A stretch of 55,859 nucleotides of DNA from a virus: positions 1 to 55,859 of the IMG/VR virus record IMGVR_UViG_3300045988_012935, one strand, 5' to 3'. Shown here one piece after another: positions 7,889 through 15,187 of this stretch; within the stretch, counting starts at the first letter, position 1, and each line of letters starts with the position of its first letter. The position numbers and the translations under genes are program-made. The notes below the pieces were generated by a model, which saw only the letters and a program-made list of their open reading frames with translations, ran no database searches and had not been told where the DNA came from.

Positions 7889-8247
7889 TGGAGAGGGCAT
7901 TTTGCCCTCTTTGTTTGCGAGGTGGTAAATTGTTCACGATAAACAATGAAATATGGAATTTGGTCAAAGTATCGCGTTACAGCGATATGCTACAGAGAAG
8001 TGACGGAAGCAGAACGGTAGGCATGACCGACAGGGACACGAAAACGATATATCTTGCGGATGATCTACGCGGAAAATTCCTTGACCGTGTGTTATGCCAC
8101 GAATTATGTCATGCGTTCTGTCTTTCGTATAATGTATACATGGATATTGATACAGAGGAAATTGTAGCAGACTTCTTGGCTACATACGGAAGAGAAGTAT
8201 TTGAAATAGCAGACAGACTATTGATTGAACTTATGGAGGTTGCATAA
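7888..8247 (+). CDS. Small HExxH zinc-metallopeptidase-like protein (SprT-like)
   Basis: CPLC near the N-terminus and VLCHELCHAF (HExxH). Confidence 0.5.
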   Translation: MERAFCPLCLRGGKLFTINNEIWNLVKVSRYSDMLQRSDGSRTVGMTDRDTKTIYLADDLRGKFLDRVLCHELCHAFCLSYNVYMDIDTEEIVADFLATYGREVFEIADRLLIELMEVA

Positions 8248-8249
8248 TA

Positions 8250-8408
8250 ATGGATAAAATTTCAGAACTCTTACAGTACGTGCACCGGACGAATCCGGAA
8301 ATGACTAGAGAAAGGCTGATAGAAGAGTTGAGCAAAAGTGATTATGCGGCGCGGTCTTTGATTTTTACGAAAGAAAATTTTTCCCGCGCGCCAAAAAATA
8401 TTTCGTAA
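8250..8408 (+). CDS. Hypothetical 52-aa protein
   Basis: ATG 8250 after GGAGG; MDKISELLQYVHRTNPEMTRERLIEELSKS...; TAA 8406-8408. Confidence 0.4.
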   Translation: MDKISELLQYVHRTNPEMTRERLIEELSKSDYAARSLIFTKENFSRAPKNIS

Positions 8409-8416
8409 TTTTTTTG

Positions 8417-8439
8417 TACCCCCCTGGGGTAGCGTTTTT
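8417..8439 (+). terminator. Hairpin plus T-run closing the cargo cassette
   Basis: TACCCC-cct-GGGGTA then gcgTTTTT. Confidence 0.4.
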
Positions 8440-8621
8440 GGGGTCAAGATTCCATTTTCACGGATTCCCCAAAACGTGCAATTATCTCAAGATGTGTAAC
8501 TTTAATAGATTGATGCGGTGCGCCATGGTTTGAGGGGTGGTGCACCGCTAAACATAATCGTATATGGGTTATTGGGAATAATACATATACATTTAGAGGC
8601 TATCATAACAGAAACAACAAG

Positions 8622-8891
8622 TCAATAGCTTTCTTTGTAACCGTCGTCGCTGTAACTGCAGTATGTCTGCGTTGTATGCTCTGGCTCTTCTGTGATTGCG
8701 TTGTATGTTGTTTGCGTGATCTGCAACCAATCACCGCCGCGCTGTGCGGTTATTTTTAATCTTGGCGATTCCAGCCACTCGATACCATCAAATTTTGAAT
8801 AGCTGCAAAGCTTGCCGGATGTCATCGGATAGCCAAGGGCAGACACCCGCCGCATGATCTCCCTTTTGCCGATATACTCATATTTTCCCAT
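8622..8891 (-). CDS. Hypothetical protein (leftward block)
   Basis: ORF track 8622..8921; internal ATG at 8891 preceded by GGAGGTGGG. Confidence 0.5.
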   Translation of the reverse strand: MGKYEYIGKREIMRRVSALGYPMTSGKLCSYSKFDGIEWLESPRLKITAQRGGDWLQITQTTYNAITEEPEHTTQTYCSYSDDGYKESY

Positions 8892-9045
8892 CTTTCCCAC
8901 CTCCAGATGTTTCGCGCTCACTCATGCATATATCTTTGCATCCGTCGCGTGATAGCTGGTTTATAATTAACCATGCTTGCATATCTCCATACGCCACCCG
9001 GCGCAGAGTTTGCCCCTTAAAAGTTGCCTTAATATCATAGATCAT
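8878..9045 (-). CDS. Hypothetical 55-aa protein (leftward block)
   Basis: AGGAGGGA RBS (9053-9060 complement), ATG 9045, MIYDIKATFKGQTLRRVAYGDMQAWLIINQ... Confidence 0.35.
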   Translation of the reverse strand: MIYDIKATFKGQTLRRVAYGDMQAWLIINQLSRDGCKDICMSERETSGGGKDGKI

Positions 9046-9254
9046 AGGTTTATCCCTCCTTTTCTGTGTTTATTTGTCAATTTTCGCATGGAAACTAATT
9101 TCCATGTATTCCGCGCCGCCGGAATCGGACCGGAACACAACGCCACCAAGCACGCGAAAAGGGCGCGTATTACGCCGTTTTCGTTTCGTTATTGCAGAAA
9201 TTCCGCCCCTAGGTCATGAACCTGCGCCCACAGCAGTGGGGGAGCGGGAGAGTA
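9046..9254 (-). other. GC-rich, highly structured 209-nt spacer inside the leftward operon (candidate cis-regulatory RNA or sRNA)
   Basis: On the - strand: CCCAC-tgct-GTGGG, GGCGT-aatac-GCGCC plus a U-run, CCGG-tccgatt-CCGG (T-arm-like), CATGGAAA-ttag-TTTCCATG. Confidence 0.3.
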
Positions 9255-9620
9255 CTAATATTTTTCTGGATTTGTAACTCTGTCAAAACCAAAGAAAAAC
9301 TTTGCATTGCTTGCCCTGTTTGCCTTGTCCGCTGTAGCCTTGTCAATTTCGCAATATCCTATCACCTCGCGATTCCTCCATATAGCATACTTTTTCAATG
9401 GTTTCTTGTCATCAACTATAAGAAAATGCCTATTTTCAAAAAATAATGTTGTACCATATCCAGGCAAGAAAGCACTTTTGATTGTTTTGTCTATTATTTC
9501 CTTTTGGGTATAATCAACAATATAATTTGTTTTGTAATCGTTCGGTATTCTTTCCCATTCTTCCCTTGTTAAAATGTGTAAAACGCTTTTGCTTTCGTCT
9601 GATAACTGTATTTTTTTCAT
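9255..9620 (-). CDS. Hypothetical protein (leftward block)
   Basis: ORF track 9255..9686; ATG 9620 (MKKIQLSDESK...) preceded by GGTGG. Confidence 0.5.
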   Translation of the reverse strand: MKKIQLSDESKSVLHILTREEWERIPNDYKTNYIVDYTQKEIIDKTIKSAFLPGYGTTLFFENRHFLIVDDKKPLKKYAIWRNREVIGYCEIDKATADKANRASNAKFFFGFDRVTNPEKY

Positions 9621-9706
9621 ATAAATACCACCTTTCAATTTTATTATCCTCTTATGAGGTAAAAGCAAGCCGGGGAATCGAACCACGGAAAAGCCGGCAT
9701 TGCTAA

Positions 9707-9976
9707 TTATGCTAAGAGCTGCATAAGCTCCGCGCGTTTAGTCTGTATTAATTCCTTTGCTTTCATAAAATCAACAGCGCCGCCTGTCATATATTCGATA
9801 TACCTTGCAGCGTTGATATATGCGTCAAATTCTGCCTTGTATGCCTCATCAAAGGCACTTTCAAGCTCTGCGTTTTCTGGCTCTTCTGTATATCTTGCCT
9901 CTGCTTCATCTGCGGCTTTTTCCAGTTGTTCCAACTTTTCCAATTTTTCAAGTAAAATCTTCATAAAATCAACCAT
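9707..9976 (-). CDS. Acidic coiled-coil protein (leftward block)
   Basis: ORF track; LEKLEKLEQLEKAADEAEARY; alternative start at 9964. Confidence 0.5.
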   Translation of the reverse strand: MVDFMKILLEKLEKLEQLEKAADEAEARYTEEPENAELESAFDEAYKAEFDAYINAARYIEYMTGGAVDFMKAKELIQTKRAELMQLLA

Positions 9977-10048
9977 CCTTTCATTGTGTGCCCTGTCTCA
10001 TCGGTGCAGGTGGGGCAATTCCTGCAGACCGCCAAGCGGCGGTTTCGA

Positions 10049-10438
10049 CTATTCGCAAATTCTGCGGAAAATTTCAATTGTAAGTTCTGCAGCAGCTCTT
10101 TTTCTGTCTGCTGTATAGCCTTTGCGCTTGCTTTTTAATGCTTTTTCTGCTTGTTCAAGGTTTCCAACTCCCCAAGATGCCGCTTTATCAAGTTTTTTCC
10201 ATTCATCCGGTGCAACTTTTACGGCTTTAAGTGTTGCCGTGTTAATCTCGTAACTGTTTTTGTCTTCTGGGCGTAAATCTTCGCAAACCGGAATATATTC
10301 ATGTGTTCCCATGTTTTCGCCGATATTCCAGACAAAAAAGCGAACCGGGATTTTTTCCACGATTTCAAAAGTGTCGTTTCTGTCACAAAGTGTAGAAGTG
10401 CTATAAATTTTGTTGTTATCAATTTTAAATTTTGTCAT
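10049..10438 (-). CDS. Hypothetical protein, first gene of the leftward block
   Basis: ORF track; GAGGAAAACAACATG RBS context. Confidence 0.55.
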   Translation of the reverse strand: MTKFKIDNNKIYSTSTLCDRNDTFEIVEKIPVRFFVWNIGENMGTHEYIPVCEDLRPEDKNSYEINTATLKAVKVAPDEWKKLDKAASWGVGNLEQAEKALKSKRKGYTADRKRAAAELTIEIFRRICE

Positions 10439-10477
10439 GTTGTTTTCCTCGATTTCTGTACTTTATTTGATACTTGT

Positions 10478-10506
10478 ATTATATTAAATATAAGGCACAA
10501 AATCAA
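10478..10506 (-). promoter_or_regulatory. Leftward sigma-70-type promoter with an operator box in the spacer
   Basis: On the - strand: TTGATT-17 nt-TATAAT; the spacer contains the reverse complement of TATAAGGCACAAAA. Confidence 0.6.
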
Positions 10507-10612
10507 TTGACATAATATACAAAATATAAGGCACAAAACATAATTTTGCTTGTGAAATATGTATAAGGCGCAAAACCGCATGAAACATTATATAAGGAAA
10601 GAAAACTTTTCC

Positions 10613-10641
10613 TTGACTTATAAGGCACAAAACATTATAAT
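10613..10641 (+). promoter_or_regulatory. Rightward promoter of the RHH gene, box in the spacer
   Basis: TTGACT-17 nt (tataaggcacaaaacat)-TATAAT. Confidence 0.7.
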
Positions 10642-10672
10642 GATAGCAAACAGAGAAAGAGAGGTTCGAAGC

Positions 10673-10864
10673 ATGGAACGTAAGACAACAGAAGCAACAC
10701 GGCGCGCAATCTATAGATATGATGATAAGTTTGAGCGTGTTAATTGCAGATTTGCAAAAGGAACAAAGGATCGCATAGAAAAGCTTGGATACAAGAGCGC
10801 AAACGACTTTATTAAACTTGCAGTCGCGGAAAAGCTGGAGCATGACGAAAAAATCTTGAAATAA
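10673..10864 (+). CDS. Ribbon-helix-helix (Arc/CopG-like) DNA-binding protein
   Basis: AGAGAGG RBS, ATG 10673; KTTEATRRAIYRYDDKFERVNCRFAKGTKDRIEKLGYKSANDFIKLAV resembles RHH fold proteins. Confidence 0.5.
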   Translation: MERKTTEATRRAIYRYDDKFERVNCRFAKGTKDRIEKLGYKSANDFIKLAVAEKLEHDEKILK

Positions 10865-10878
10865 GGCACAAAAAACTA

Positions 10879-10907
10879 TTGACATATAAGGCACAAAATG
10901 TTATAGT
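10879..10907 (+). promoter_or_regulatory. Second rightward promoter, box in the spacer
   Basis: TTGACA-17 nt (tataaggcacaaaatgt)-TATAGT. Confidence 0.65.
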
Positions 10908-10962
10908 ATAGACAGATCAAAGAAATAGATCAAAGGCGAAAGCCAAGAAAGGGGAACAACAT

Positions 10963-11250
10963 ATGAAGATCAAAGGAATCGGAACAATTAGCAAAGACAA
11001 AGCTATGGAGATCTTGACCCGAGAAGGACGCGAGGCTGTAAAAGCCGGAGAGATCACAGCAGAAGAGCTTGGCGAGATGTACAAGCTCGAAATGGTCAAG
11101 AAAGCATCCAAGATCGGACAGAACAGCGATACATTCCGGGAGTCTTACAAGTGGATTCCGGAAGAACTAAAAGAAGAGTTGATACCAGAACAGCTTGGGA
11201 AACTCGTAGATAACTTTTATGAGTGCTACGGAGCAGGGAAGAATGCATAA
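10963..11250 (+). CDS. Hypothetical protein
   Basis: ORF track; AAAGGGGAACAACATATG context. Confidence 0.55.
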   Translation: MKIKGIGTISKDKAMEILTREGREAVKAGEITAEELGEMYKLEMVKKASKIGQNSDTFRESYKWIPEELKEELIPEQLGKLVDNFYECYGAGKNA

Positions 11251-11273
11251 ACAAAGCATAGGAGGAAATAAAC

Positions 11274-11594
11274 ATGAAAAGAAATGATTTCAAAAAGATT
11301 ATAAAAATTAGAAGTCAGTGGCAATTTACAGGCGATAATTATAAGTTGCCAAGCGGTGATCCGATTTCCGTATATGTAAGAAAATTGGTTGAATCGCAGA
11401 TGAATGTCGATAGCTTGGCAATATTGAAAAATGGGGATTTGTCTTTTGCGACCGGAGGAAAGTGGAACGACACAACAAAAGAGTTTGAAGGCTATGTGCT
11501 GATGCCAGCATTTCAGGAAAATGAGACTTGCGAGTTTGACGAAATGGAAAAACGTATTGACGCATTGGTTTACGAGCTGGTTCAGAAGCAATAA
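11274..11594 (+). CDS. Hypothetical protein
   Basis: ORF track; AGGAGGAAATAAACATG. Confidence 0.6.
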   Translation: MKRNDFKKIIKIRSQWQFTGDNYKLPSGDPISVYVRKLVESQMNVDSLAILKNGDLSFATGGKWNDTTKEFEGYVLMPAFQENETCEFDEMEKRIDALVYELVQKQ

Positions 11595-11612
11595 GAAAGA
11601 GAGGAAAGAAAA

Positions 11613-11846
11613 ATGAAAAAAGAATGTAAAATGTTTAACGGAAAAACTTTAGAGGTTGGAGAAGAAATCAGATTCGCTGACTTGTGGCAGGTAGATGACG
11701 GAGACGAAGAAGAACTCCTTGATTCCGGCTGTGTGTGCGTAGGAAACAACGAGTATGGCGCACCTGTTATAGCTGGGTTTGAAATTGTAGACAAAGACGA
11801 GGAAAACTTAATAAATACGGTTGTAAAAGTTGTAGAACTGTACTAA
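11613..11846 (+). CDS. Hypothetical acidic protein
   Basis: ORF track; AGAGAGGAAAG RBS. Confidence 0.55.
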   Translation: MKKECKMFNGKTLEVGEEIRFADLWQVDDGDEEELLDSGCVCVGNNEYGAPVIAGFEIVDKDEENLINTVVKVVELY

Positions 11847-11932
11847 AATCAAATATGATAAACCATAACATAAGATGTGCATAATCGTATAATAGCGGTT
11901 TTGCACATCTTTTTTATATTTGGAGGAAACCC

Positions 11933-12670
11933 ATGGGAGAAAAACGAAAATATACAAAAGCGGAAGATCTTGTCGGGACAACTTACAAAGGCTTTAAAGT
12001 TTTGGATTGCAAAAGGGAAAACAGACGATCTTTTTTACAAGTAGAATGCCCTTATTGCAAAAAAATTAAATGGATTCGCAAAGATCAACTTGACGATCCA
12101 CACCGCAAGGGATGCGGATGTTTAATGGCAAAGACACAATTTAAGCAAAAGGATTTAGCAAGAGAAAGATTTGGGCGGCTGGAAGTAATAAAGGCAACCA
12201 GCGAGCGCGATCCACACAATGGATCTGTTATATGGCTATGTCGGTGCGACTGCGGAAAGTTTAAAAAAGTATCTGCCAGCTCTTTAAAAAACGGAGGCGT
12301 AGCAAGCTGTGGGTGCCTTGGCAGGGAAAATAGTTCAAAAAATGGGAAGATTTACGGCAAAAAAATAGTAGATAATTATTGCATTGCCGGAACAAATGTA
12401 AATAATTTAACCGCAAAAATTCCAAAAAACAATAAATCTGGTCATAAGGGTGTGCATTGGAATGCAAACAAGGGCAGATGGATAGCGCAAATTGAATTTA
12501 TGGGAAAACATTATAATTTAGGGAGTTTCCAAGAGAAAGAAGATGCGATAAAAGTAAGAGAGGAAGCAGAAAAGAAAATGTTTGGCAATTTTCTGGAGTG
12601 GTACGCGGAAACGTTCCCGAACGCAAAGAAAAATATTAAAGACAGAGAAAAAGCGAGTGGGAAAGATTAA
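11933..12670 (+). CDS. AP2-domain DNA-binding protein with N-terminal repeated Cys motifs
   Basis: GHKGVHWNANKGRWIAQIEFMGKHYNLGSFQEKEDAIKVREEAE matches the AP2/ERF-type pattern; CPYC...GCGC and CRCDCG...CGCLG repeats. Confidence 0.65.
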   Translation: MGEKRKYTKAEDLVGTTYKGFKVLDCKRENRRSFLQVECPYCKKIKWIRKDQLDDPHRKGCGCLMAKTQFKQKDLARERFGRLEVIKATSERDPHNGSVIWLCRCDCGKFKKVSASSLKNGGVASCGCLGRENSSKNGKIYGKKIVDNYCIAGTNVNNLTAKIPKNNKSGHKGVHWNANKGRWIAQIEFMGKHYNLGSFQEKEDAIKVREEAEKKMFGNFLEWYAETFPNAKKNIKDREKASGKD

Positions 12671-12831
12671 GCATCTGACCCACTCGTTTTCATTATTCGA
12701 AATGCTATTGTTTCAATCCGTGGCCGCCGGAATCGCTGGCGGCACCGCATCGGCAAGCATCCATGCCGTGCGACTTGTCTATACTCTATCATCAGATCGG
12801 ACAAAATGCAAGTAAATATTTTCAAACAAAG

Positions 12832-12860
12832 GGTAGCTTTTCCGGCTGCCTTTTCTTTTT
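12832..12860 (+). terminator. Rho-independent terminator
   Basis: GGTAGC-ttttccg-GCTGCC followed by TTTTCTTTTT. Confidence 0.5.
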
Positions 12861-13013
12861 GCCATATCCAAAATCGACAACGCGTCCGGGCATATCTTAC
12901 AAAATCTCTGAAAAACTGTAAACAATCTATAAAACTTTTCTTAAATTTTTATAAACAAGGCTAGGTTTGTCAGGTCTTTGATAAGTCCCAAAATGATAGA
13001 ATAGTATCAGTTT

Positions 13014-13100
13014 TGTTGCAATGCAACATACTTGCAACACCAATGCAACAAAGTGCAACATTTTTGCAACGTAGATATAGAGTAAGAGATAGAGTATATT
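13014..13100. repeat. Intergenic iteron cluster (second copy of the origin module)
   Basis: TGCAAT/TGCAAC at 13017, 13022, 13033, 13044, 13054 and 13065 (spacing 5, 11, 11, 10, 11), then GTAGATATAGAGTAAGAGATAGAG; collinear with 50916-50999. Confidence 0.8.
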
Positions 13101-13309
13101 CTCTGTTGTTATATTTATATATATTATTAAGGGTTTAAAATACAGTATATACAAAACCTATAGATGTATTGTAAGTGTATAGACGCATGCGCGCAGTGTA
13201 AGTATATATACTCACTGTCTCTAAGTTGTGAAAACTTTTTATTGACTTTAAACCCAAAAATAGTGTATACCAAAAGCAGAGAGATTAACAGATTGGAGGT
13301 GTGAAATAT

Positions 13310-13984
13310 ATGCAGGATGTAGAAAACGTAGATATTACAAGACTTATAGTGGATCTGGGCACAGTACAAATATATACATCAACTGTACAAGATTTAATAG
13401 ACAACGCTTGTATAGAATTTCACATTGACGATCTTTTAAAAGCTGGACAGAGACAGTGGAAAGCTGTTATGCAGTATGTTGGTATGCATCTATTCCCGGA
13501 TACGAAAGTATTAAAGGACAAGAGTTTAAGTCCTCTTAACAATGGGACTATACCGACTAACTGTAATAGGTATGATAGAGAGGTATTATATAAACTCTGT
13601 GATTATTATATATACATCTCCAATGTGTACAGCAAGTTGGTGAGTACAGTAGCATTTAGTTATTTTTGTAATATACCTACTACAACATTTGACCTATGGA
13701 AAGACGAGGAATCAAGTTCGGTGGCTTTTAAGATTTGGCAAAAACTGCAACGATCTCGTAAGGATTGCATCCTAGATCGTGCATACGACTCCAATAGCCC
13801 GGTAGGCACTATGTTCGTAGGAAACAACGAGTTCGGCATGAATCAGCCGGGAATTGGCGATAATGCCACCCAGCGCAAGGCAATCACAGCGCAGGAGCTG
13901 CCAAGGCTGGACGAGAAAAAGGGCCAAGAATTGCACGCAATTGATACACAATTTGTCGGTGTGGCTGCAAATAATACAGTTTAA
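13310..13984 (+). CDS. Putative terminase small subunit
   Basis: GGAGGTG RBS, ATG 13310; the central region (YKLCDYYIYISNVYSKLVSTVAFSYFCNIPTTTFDLWK...NNEFGM) resembles TerS families from memory; it lies upstream of TerL. Confidence 0.4.
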   Translation: MQDVENVDITRLIVDLGTVQIYTSTVQDLIDNACIEFHIDDLLKAGQRQWKAVMQYVGMHLFPDTKVLKDKSLSPLNNGTIPTNCNRYDREVLYKLCDYYIYISNVYSKLVSTVAFSYFCNIPTTTFDLWKDEESSSVAFKIWQKLQRSRKDCILDRAYDSNSPVGTMFVGNNEFGMNQPGIGDNATQRKAITAQELPRLDEKKGQELHAIDTQFVGVAANNTV

Positions 13985-14043
13985 ATTGTGTGTGATTATT
14001 CTACAATTCACAAATGCAGTAATACCAAGGGTTGCAGCGTTTT

Positions 14044-14088
14044 AACTATTCGTGAACTATTCGGAAAAGTGGAGTTAAGCGAATAGTT
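14044..14088. repeat. Direct plus inverted repeat of AACTATTCG (hairpin)
   Basis: aactattcg at 14044 and 14055, cgaatagtt at 14080. Confidence 0.6.
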
Positions 14089-14282
14089 ATACCTAGGGCA
14101 TATAGAATTGTGCTAAGTGTTTGAGAATGATAAACAATTCTAGCAAAGCAAACGAACCAAGCAAAGTAGCACAAACAATGGTCCTGAATACATGGGGAGG
14201 GGGTCTGACAGAAAGTCCACCGGGCGGCTACTAAGTCCCTTAAATACCTCAAAAAATAAAAAGCCACTTACAACAACACCCA

Positions 14283-14310
14283 TTGACTTTCACCGTAAAT
14301 AGGCTATAAT
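14283..14310 (+). promoter_or_regulatory. Sigma-70-type promoter upstream of the MazG operon
   Basis: TTGACT-16 nt-TATAAT. Confidence 0.6.
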
Positions 14311-14334
14311 AAATTTATAACAATTCACTTTCAC

Positions 14335-14349
14335 GTTGCGAATCGCAAC
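14335..14349. promoter_or_regulatory. Perfect palindrome GTTGCGA-A-TCGCAAC (operator-like)
   Basis: Read directly; 25 bp downstream of the -10 element. Confidence 0.5.
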
Positions 14350-14407
14350 TACATTTCCAAAAAAATTTTTAAAAATAAAAAGAGTGTTTCGGACAGGAGA
14401 ATGATAT

Positions 14408-14827
14408 ATGACCGGAAATGAGTATCAGTCATTAGCCATGCGGACAAACGATCGCAAAGCAACAGACAGAATGCTTGAAAATATTTTAACGTGCGATATG
14501 AAATATCTTCTACAGCAAAATTTGATCGCAGAAGACGAACAGCATCTTGATTTTGGCGGAATCTTTAATGCTTGCCTTGGACTATCCGGTGAAGTTGGAG
14601 AATTTAACGACATAATCAAAAAATGGATTTTCCACGAGAAACAGCTTGATATTGACCACGCAAAGAAAGAAGTTGGCGATATTTGTTGGTATCTTGCAAT
14701 GCTTTGCGAATCCTTCGGCTGGAGCCTTGATGAAATCATGCAAATGAACGTAGACAAACTTAAGGCACGTTATCCGGAAGGGTTTGACATTGAAAGAGCA
14801 AACCACAGGGCGGAGGGCGATGTGTAA
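14408..14827 (+). CDS. mazG: MazG-like nucleoside triphosphate pyrophosphohydrolase
   Basis: YQSLAMRT..., LGLSGEVGEFNDIIKK, EVGDICWYLAML..., typical MazG helices with EExxE-like motifs. Confidence 0.8.
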   Translation: MTGNEYQSLAMRTNDRKATDRMLENILTCDMKYLLQQNLIAEDEQHLDFGGIFNACLGLSGEVGEFNDIIKKWIFHEKQLDIDHAKKEVGDICWYLAMLCESFGWSLDEIMQMNVDKLKARYPEGFDIERANHRAEGDV

Positions 14828-15186
14828 TGGCAAGCTGCAGCAATGAGTTGATGAAAACCGAGTATTCCGAAACCTTTGATGAAAAACGCAAAGGATTGAT
14901 TGAACAGTCGTATTACAAATACGGACCGGCAAGAATGAACTTTTCTACCGGAAATGTGGATGCAATCGAAAGTTTGAAAATGAATCTTTCCAAGTTTGAA
15001 GAGACCGGGAATCTTGAATATCTGTGCGACGTTGCAAATTATGCCATGTTCCGGTTCATGTTTCCGCAACAGGGAGAATATTTCAAACATACGAATTCTG
15101 ATGAATCTGCTGGACTTTTCGGTATGAGCGTAAATGAAATGGAACGATTCAAACAGGAACACAGCTTTGAGGATGGGAGATATTGA
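14827..15186 (+). CDS. Hypothetical protein translationally coupled to MazG
   Basis: ORF track; ATG overlaps the mazG stop; KYGPAR...LEYLCDVANYAMFRF faintly recalls nucleotide-pyrophosphohydrolase-associated domains (weak). Confidence 0.5.
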   Translation: MASCSNELMKTEYSETFDEKRKGLIEQSYYKYGPARMNFSTGNVDAIESLKMNLSKFEETGNLEYLCDVANYAMFRFMFPQQGEYFKHTNSDESAGLFGMSVNEMERFKQEHSFEDGRY

Positions 15187-15187
15187 T

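Larger units (their letters stand above)
10489..10898. repeat. Seven copies of the 14-bp box TATAAGGCACAAAA
   Basis: Exact at 10489, 10525, 10619 and 10885; 13/14 at 10562 (G variant) and 10860; degenerate at 10590. Confidence 0.85.

Noticed and set aside
9115-9127. 13-mer GCCGCCGGAATCG shared between the GC-rich spacer at 9115 and a GC-rich hairpin at 12723-12735, a possible dispersed repeat element
   Set aside because: Similarity does not extend convincingly beyond the 13-mer. A handful of 13-mer coincidences is expected in 56 kb.
9640-9706. GGTTCGATTCC T-loop-like motif on the - strand, a possible tRNA
   Set aside because: No D or anticodon arms can be drawn. The motif sits in the loop of a 10-bp hairpin (AGCAA-T-GCCGG / CCGGCTTGCT) followed by TTTTA, directly after the stop of ORF 9707-9976. 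This is most simply a terminator, perhaps containing an old att remnant.
14046-14267. 73-aa ORF on the - strand in the TerS-MazG gap
   Set aside because: It has a Cys/Phe/Tyr/Trp-rich composition, no RBS, and overlaps the repeat hairpin. I treat the region as non-coding.
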